Shown here: positions 58,444-64,000 of the stretch, piece by piece
How positions within the stretch are numbered: position 1 is the stretch's first letter
Layout of the letters: each line of letters opens with the position of its first letter
From: an uncultured Candidatus Rokubacteria bacterium
Lineage (GTDB): Bacteria > Methylomirabilota > Methylomirabilia > Rokubacteriales > DASRDR01
Assembly: GCA_963826115.1 (NCBI GenBank)
Contig: CAWGVS010000005.1
Coordinates: 960,001 to 1,024,000, forward strand
DNA: 64,000 bases
Direction of reading: 5' to 3'
The notes under the pieces: model-generated
Seen by the model: only the letters and a program-made list of their open reading frames with translations
Told to the model about the DNA's origin: nothing
Database searches by the model: none
Position numbers and translations under genes: made by a program

Positions 58444-59655
58444 TCAGGCCGCGACCGTCGAGCCTAGCGCGCCCGAGGCGCGGAGCTCGGCAATGGCCGC
58501 CGGCGCGAGGCCGAGAACGTCGCGGAGGACCGCGTCGGTGTGCTCGCCCAGATTGGGCGGCGGGCCCTGGACGGCCGCCGGAGTCCCGGCGAACTTCACG
58601 GGAATCCCCGGAAGGCGCACGCGCCCCGCGGTGGGATGGTCGACCTCGACCGCCATGTCCCGATACCGCACCTGCGGATCCTCGAACACCTCGCGGATGT
58701 CGTTGATCGGGCCCGCCGGGAGTCCCGCCTCCGCGAAGCGGGCGACCCACTCGTCGCGGTCTTGGGCCTGGAGCCGCGCCTCGATCTCGCGGACGAGCTC
58801 GGCCCGGCACGCGACGCGGCGGGCGTTCGAGCCGTAGCGCGGGTCGTCGGCCCACTCCGGCGCCCCCAGGACCTCGCAGAACGCCTTCCACAGCCGCTCG
58901 TTCCCGGCGCCGACCATCATGTAGCCGTCGCGAGCCCGGAAGGCCTGGTAGGGCACCAGGGACGGATGCGCGCTTCCCCAGCGTCCCTGCACCTCGCCGC
59001 CCACGAGATACGCGGTCGCCGCGTTGATCAGGGCGGCGATCCCGCACTCCATCAGCGAGAGCTCGAGGAACTGCCCCTCGCCCGTGCGGTCCCGGTGCCG
59101 CAGCGCCGCGAGGATCGCCCCGTGGGCGTAGAGCGCGGTGATCGCGTCGATCAGTGCCACGCCCACCTTGACCGGCGCGCCGCCGCTCTCGCCGGTGATC
59201 GACATGAGGCCCGTGAATCCCTGCAGGATGGCGTCGTAGCCGGCCCGCTCGCGGTACGGCCCGGTCGCCCCGAACCCCGAGATCGCGCAGTAGACCAGCC
59301 GGGGGTTGACCGCCCGCAGCGTCGCCCAGCCGAGCCCGAGGTCGTCCATGGTCCCCGGCTTGAAGTTCTCGATCAGGACGTCTGCGCGCCGCACGAGGTC
59401 CAGGACCAGGGCCTTCCCTCGGGGGTGCTTCAGGTCGACCGTGATGCTCCGCTTGCCGCGGTTCACCGCGAAGAAGTACGACGCCTGCCCGTCGGCGGCG
59501 CGCGGCGGCGACCACTGCCGGCTGTCGTCGCCGCCCTGCGGGTGCTCGACCTTGATCACCTCGGCGCCATAGTCACCGAGGATCTGGGTCGCGAACGGGC
59601 CCGCGACGATGCGCGAGAGGTCGATGATCCGGAGGTCTTCGAGCGGGCCGGGCAT
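58444..59655 (-). CDS. Family III CoA-transferase (CaiB/BaiF)
   Basis: DLSRIVAGP, NRGKRS, ENFKPG, GFGATGPY, GVALID, LGEHT. Confidence 0.93.
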   Translation of the reverse strand: MPGPLEDLRIIDLSRIVAGPFATQILGDYGAEVIKVEHPQGGDDSRQWSPPRAADGQASYFFAVNRGKRSITVDLKHPRGKALVLDLVRRADVLIENFKPGTMDDLGLGWATLRAVNPRLVYCAISGFGATGPYRERAGYDAILQGFTGLMSITGESGGAPVKVGVALIDAITALYAHGAILAALRHRDRTGEGQFLELSLMECGIAALINAATAYLVGGEVQGRWGSAHPSLVPYQAFRARDGYMMVGAGNERLWKAFCEVLGAPEWADDPRYGSNARRVACRAELVREIEARLQAQDRDEWVARFAEAGLPAGPINDIREVFEDPQVRYRDMAVEVDHPTAGRVRLPGIPVKFAGTPAAVQGPPPNLGEHTDAVLRDVLGLAPAAIAELRASGALGSTVAA

Positions 59656-59810
59656 GCGTCCTCCTCGAGGTTGGCGCTGTCACTATACCCGCCGCACGCA
59701 CCGCCTTCAACGCGCCGGAGCGGGTCCGCGCGCCCCGGCCGGCATCGCGCCACGCGGCCTCCGCGCTTGCCGCGTCTCGGGATTGCGACTATTCTTCGGC
59801 CTGCGCCGTC

Positions 59811-61247
59811 ATGAGCTGGGTCACCACCAACCAGGGCTTCAGCGAGGTCTTCACGCCCGACGGCACCCCGCGCCCCCACTACGCTCCGCTCGTCGGCAGC
59901 CTCGACGCCTTCACGCGCGCCGAGATCGATCGGCGCGAGCGCCTCCAGACCCTCGCGCTGATGAGCCAGGGCGTCACCTTCACCGTGTACGGCGAGAAGG
60001 AGGGGCTCGAGCGGATCTTCCCGTTCGACTTCGTGCCCCGCATCATCCCCGCCCACGAGTGGAAGACCATCCAGGACGGGCTGGTCCAGCGCATCACGGC
60101 GCTGAACCTCTTCCTGCTCGACATCTACCAGGAGCAGCACTGCCTGCGCGACGGCGTGCTCCCCGCGGAGCTGGTCCTCTCCCGCAAGGAGTTCAAGCGG
60201 CCGCTCCTCGGGATCGTCCCGCCGCGCAAGATCTTCACCCACGTGGTCGGCACCGACATCATCCGCGACGACCGGGGCCAGTACCTCGTCCTCGAGGACA
60301 ACTGCCGCGTCCCGAGCGGCGTCTCGTACGTGCTCGAGAACCGGCACCTCCTGAGCCGCGTCTTCCCCGAGCTCTTCGCCTCCTACCCCGTCCGCCCGGT
60401 CCACGACTACCCGACGCTGCTCCTCGAGACGCTGGGCTTCGTGGCGACCCGGCAGGGTCAGAGGCCGACGGTCGTGACGCTGACGCCGGGGGTGCACAAC
60501 TCCGCGTACTTCGAGCACTCGTTTCTCGCTCGCGAGATGGGCGTGCTGCTGGTGGAGGGGACGGACCTCATCGTCGAGGACAACCACGTGTTCATGCGCA
60601 CGACGCAGGGGCGCCAGCGCGTGGACGTCATCTACCGCCGCGTGGACGACGATTTCCTCGACCCGCTGACGTTCCGGCGGGGCAGTCTCCTCGGCGTCCC
60701 CGGGCTGATCAACGCCTACCGGGCGGGCAACGTGGCCCTGGCGAACGCCCCGGGCTCGGGCGTGGCGGACGACAAGGCGGTGTACGCGTTCGTCCCGAAG
60801 CTCATCCGGTACTACCTCGACGAGGATCCCCTCCTGCCGCAGGTTCCGACGTACGTGGGCTTCGTCGAGGACGATCTCCGGTACATGACGGAGCACCTCC
60901 ACGAGCTCGTGGTCAAGGCCACCGGCGAGTCGGGCGGCTACAACATGCTGATGGGGCCGTTCGCGTCCCGCGAGGAGATCGACCGGTACCGGGCGCAGCT
61001 GCTCGCGGACCCCGGAAACTACATCGCCCAGCCGCTCGTGCACCTGTCGTCACATCCGACCTACGTCGGCGGGAACTACGAGCCACGGCGGATCGATCTC
61101 CGGCCGTTCATCCTCTATGGGGACCGGATCCGCGTCCTGCCCGGCGGTCTGAGCCGGGTCGCCCTCCGCGCCGGCTCCTACGTCGTGAATTCCTCCCAGG
61201 GTGGCGGCAGCAAGGACACCTGGGTCCTCGCGCCCCGCGAGGCCTGA
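59811..61247 (+). CDS. Circularly permuted type 2 ATP-grasp protein
   Basis: PFDFVPR, LEDNCRVPSGVSY, NSAYFEH, VIYRRVDD, GVADDK, DLRPF, VNSSQGGGSKDTW. Confidence 0.95.
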   Translation: MSWVTTNQGFSEVFTPDGTPRPHYAPLVGSLDAFTRAEIDRRERLQTLALMSQGVTFTVYGEKEGLERIFPFDFVPRIIPAHEWKTIQDGLVQRITALNLFLLDIYQEQHCLRDGVLPAELVLSRKEFKRPLLGIVPPRKIFTHVVGTDIIRDDRGQYLVLEDNCRVPSGVSYVLENRHLLSRVFPELFASYPVRPVHDYPTLLLETLGFVATRQGQRPTVVTLTPGVHNSAYFEHSFLAREMGVLLVEGTDLIVEDNHVFMRTTQGRQRVDVIYRRVDDDFLDPLTFRRGSLLGVPGLINAYRAGNVALANAPGSGVADDKAVYAFVPKLIRYYLDEDPLLPQVPTYVGFVEDDLRYMTEHLHELVVKATGESGGYNMLMGPFASREEIDRYRAQLLADPGNYIAQPLVHLSSHPTYVGGNYEPRRIDLRPFILYGDRIRVLPGGLSRVALRAGSYVVNSSQGGGSKDTWVLAPREA

Positions 61248-62198
61248 ATGCTGTCGCGGGTGGCGGACGGACTCTACTGGATGGGGCGATACCTCGAGCG
61301 CTCGGAGAACCTGACCCGCCTCCTCCTCGTCACCGAGGAGCTCTCCACCGAGGTGCTCGGGCTCGACGAGGACCTCGCCTGGGCCGAGTGGCGCGATCTC
61401 CAGCGCGTGTTTCCCGGACCCGAGATCCAGGAGGACGGGGCGGTGCCGTTCTTCGGGGCGGCGCATCTCGCCGCCTACTCGTTCGACGGCCGGAACCCGA
61501 ACTCCCTCGTGTTCTCGCTCCGGAAGGCGCGCGAGAACGCCCGGGCGGTCCGGGAGGCCTTGACCGTCGAGGTGTTCGTCACGCTCAACGACACCTGGCG
61601 GGAGCTGGAGGCCTACACCGGGCGGGCCGCGCTGGACGCGCCCAGCTTCCGCGAGGCGCTCTCCCGCGTCCAGCGTGGGATCCTGGCGACCGTCGGCGCG
61701 ATCGATCACACCCTGACCCGCGACCAGGGATGGCTCTTCCTGAAGCTCGGCGAGTCGCTGGAGCGCGTGGTGCGCACCGCCACCGTGCTCCGGACCAAGC
61801 TCCCCGGCCTCCTGGCGCCGGAGCCCAAGCTCGGCCTGCCCCTCGTCTACACGCGATGGCGGGCGCTCCTCCGCGAGCTTTCCTCCCTCGAGAACTACCG
61901 CCAGGCGTACGGCGCCCGGATCGAGCCCGCGCACGTTCTCGGCTTCCTCCTGTTCTCGCCCGGCTCGCCCCGGTCCCTCCGCGCCGGCACCGCGGCGGTG
62001 AAGGCTCAGCTGGACCGCCTGGCCGAGGGCGTCGCGATGACCCCTGGCGGCCGCATCGTCGGCCGGCTCGACGCGGAGCTCGCCTACCGGGACGAGACCC
62101 TGCCCGGGCGGGCCGACCCGCTGCCTCTCCTCGACCACGTGCTCGCCGAGCTGACGCGCACCCACGAGGCGCTCTCCGCGCAGTTCTTCGAGGCCTGA
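61248..62198 (+). CDS. Alpha-E domain protein (DUF403)
   Basis: MLSRVADGLYWMGRYLERSE, ARENAR, LGESLER, PRS. Confidence 0.92.
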   Translation: MLSRVADGLYWMGRYLERSENLTRLLLVTEELSTEVLGLDEDLAWAEWRDLQRVFPGPEIQEDGAVPFFGAAHLAAYSFDGRNPNSLVFSLRKARENARAVREALTVEVFVTLNDTWRELEAYTGRAALDAPSFREALSRVQRGILATVGAIDHTLTRDQGWLFLKLGESLERVVRTATVLRTKLPGLLAPEPKLGLPLVYTRWRALLRELSSLENYRQAYGARIEPAHVLGFLLFSPGSPRSLRAGTAAVKAQLDRLAEGVAMTPGGRIVGRLDAELAYRDETLPGRADPLPLLDHVLAELTRTHEALSAQFFEA

Positions 62199-62201
62199 GC
62201 C

Positions 62202-63179
62202 GTGCACCTCGAGATCGAGCACCAGCTGAGCCTCGAGTACGACGCCTGGATCCGGGAATCCTTCCTCGAGCTCCGCATGCAGCCGAAGTCGAGCCCCCAC
62301 CAGACGCTCCACTCCTTCGTGCTCGCGGTGGGGCCGCCCAGCAAGGTCTCGCGCTATCGGGACTGGAGCGAGAACGTCGTGCACCACTTCACCATCGCGA
62401 ACTTCCACGAGCGGATCGAGGTGGCGGCTCGCTCGCAAGTCACCACGCACCCCTCGGCGCCGGCCCTCGACATCGTCGTGGATCCCATGCCGCTCGGGAC
62501 CCTCCCCTGGACCGTCCTGGACTACCTCCGCCTCGGGGGACCCGTGGTGGAAAGCGGCGACCTCGGGGAGTTCAGCCGCTCCGTCGAGGTGGCGGCGTCG
62601 GCCCCGCTCGGCGAGCAGGTGCGGGCGGTCGGCCACGCGATCCGGCGCGGGTTCACGTACCGGAAAGAGGTCACCCGGTACGACTCGACCACGGACGAGT
62701 TCCTGCGGCTCCGCGCCGGCGTCTGCCAGGACTTCACCCATCTGATGCTGGGCGCGCTCCGTCTCCGGCGGATCCCCTGCCGCTACGTGAGCGGGTACCT
62801 CCACGTCGAGCACGCCGGCGCCGAGGCGTCCCAGAGCCACGCCTGGATCGAGTTCTTCTCGCCGGCCGCCGGCTGGGTCCCGTTCGACCCGACCCACTAC
62901 CGGACGGTCGACGAGCGATACGTCGTCGTCGCCCACGGGCGCCACTACGACGACGTACCGCCCAACAAGGGAATCTTCCGCGGCAACGCCCGCGAGGCGC
63001 TGCGGGCCGAGGTCATCACCCGTTTGTCCGCCCCCAAGGCCATCGCCACGCTTCATGAGGAGGTCGAGCACATCGACCTGCCCGTCTACCAGGAGATCCC
63101 CGGGCGCACCCACGAGTGGTCGAGCGCGGTGGCGGACGACGCGGTGGCGCAGCAGCAACAACAGCAGCAGTCGGGCTGA
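62202..63179 (+). CDS. Transglutaminase-family protein with C-terminal polyQ
   Basis: GVCQDFTH, RYVSGY, SHAW, FDPT, GRHYDDVPP; ends AQQQQQQQSG. Confidence 0.93.
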   Translation: MHLEIEHQLSLEYDAWIRESFLELRMQPKSSPHQTLHSFVLAVGPPSKVSRYRDWSENVVHHFTIANFHERIEVAARSQVTTHPSAPALDIVVDPMPLGTLPWTVLDYLRLGGPVVESGDLGEFSRSVEVAASAPLGEQVRAVGHAIRRGFTYRKEVTRYDSTTDEFLRLRAGVCQDFTHLMLGALRLRRIPCRYVSGYLHVEHAGAEASQSHAWIEFFSPAAGWVPFDPTHYRTVDERYVVVAHGRHYDDVPPNKGIFRGNAREALRAEVITRLSAPKAIATLHEEVEHIDLPVYQEIPGRTHEWSSAVADDAVAQQQQQQQSG

Positions 63180-63207
63180 CCCGGCGTATACTACGAAGCC
63201 GTCGACC

Positions 63208-64000
63208 ATGCGTCACGGCCTCGTCCGGCTCGCCGTCTCGCTTCTGTGCCTCGCGGGTTGCAGTGTCGTCTCGATCGACCTCACGCCGCGCGTCCGGCCG
63301 CTCGAGGAGTCCACGCTCGAGGGGACCGGCTCCGGGAAGGTTCTCCTGATCGACGTGTCCGGCGTGCTCGCCGAGGAGCCGATCTTCACCCTGGAAAGCC
63401 GGCCGCAGGTCCCGCTCCTCGCCCGCATCCGGGAGGAGCTCAAGAAGGCCGAGGACGACGACCAGGTCCGGGCCGTGGTGCTTCGCATCAACAGCCCCGG
63501 CGGCACGGTCACCGCGTCGGACATCCTCTACCACGAGGTCATGAGCTTCAAGGCGCGCCGGAAGGTGCCGGTCGTGGCGTCCATCCTGGACGTCGGCGCC
63601 TCGGGCGGCTACTACGTGGCGCTGGCCGCGGACCGGATCGTGGCGCACCCGACGACGGTCACCGGCTCGATCGGCGTCCTGATGCTCACGGTCAACGCCA
63701 GCGGGCTCCTGGAGAAGATCGGGGTCAGCGCGAGTTACGTGAAGTCCGGCGACTTCAAGGACATGGGAAGTCCCTTCCGGAGTCTCCGGCCGGAGGAGCG
63801 GGCTCTCTTCCAGGACCTGATCGACCGCTTCTACGGGCGCTTCGTCGAGCTGGTCGCGCGGTCGCGGAAGATGGACGAGGCCCGGGTGCGGTCCTTCGCC
63901 GACGGCCGCATCTACACCGCCGGAGAGGCGCTGTCCCTCGGGCTCATCGACCAGATCGGCTACCTGGAGGAGGCGATCGCCGCCGCCAGGACCGCCGCCG
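63208..64000 (+). CDS. sppA: Signal peptide peptidase SppA (S49), lipoprotein; truncated by window end
   Basis: Manual translation: lipobox LAGC, LRINSPGG, GASGGYY, TGSIGV, KSGDFKD, DGRIYT. Confidence 0.92.
   Translation, partial: MRHGLVRLAVSLLCLAGCSVVSIDLTPRVRPLEESTLEGTGSGKVLLIDVSGVLAEEPIFTLESRPQVPLLARIREELKKAEDDDQVRAVVLRINSPGGTVTASDILYHEVMSFKARRKVPVVASILDVGASGGYYVALAADRIVAHPTTVTGSIGVLMLTVNASGLLEKIGVSASYVKSGDFKDMGSPFRSLRPEERALFQDLIDRFYGRFVELVARSRKMDEARVRSFADGRIYTAGEALSLGLIDQIGYLEEAIAAARTAA

Overview
GC-rich (roughly 70%+) bacterial chromosomal window, densely coding and mostly on the minus strand. Gene content suggests a Rokubacteria/Methylomirabilota-like or deltaproteobacteria-like soil organism (inference only). 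I saw no rRNA, tRNA, CRISPR array or mobile element. In order it carries: (1) the start of an alternative complex III/Qrc-type operon (pentaheme ActA and a truncated ActB); (2) a cymR-cysK-sulfur carrier-JAMM cluster; (3) ttcA-hemC-hemD-hemB followed by a Zn-dehydrogenase, an Lrp-domain protein and a Dpp-type ABC transporter without ATPases; (4) ilvBNC-psd-pssA-leuB-asd-truA-chaA-glycosyltransferase; (5) a ~9 kb operon with an oxalate-oxidoreductase-like three-subunit enzyme (YPIRP signature), a TTT transporter, a Cmk-like/BON protein, TerC and a FadR-type regulator with a visible operator; (6) mixed genes (Cys/Met lyase, HAD, MOSC-Smr fusion, RACo, ychF, queF, atypical clpS); (7) a class III PHA locus joined to family III CoA-transferases, SCP2 and a crotonase; (8) a CP-ATP-grasp/alpha-E/transglutaminase operon with a polyQ tail, then sppA (truncated). 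A few single-base frameshifts suggest assembly errors, so anomalies in starts and stops need read-level confirmation.
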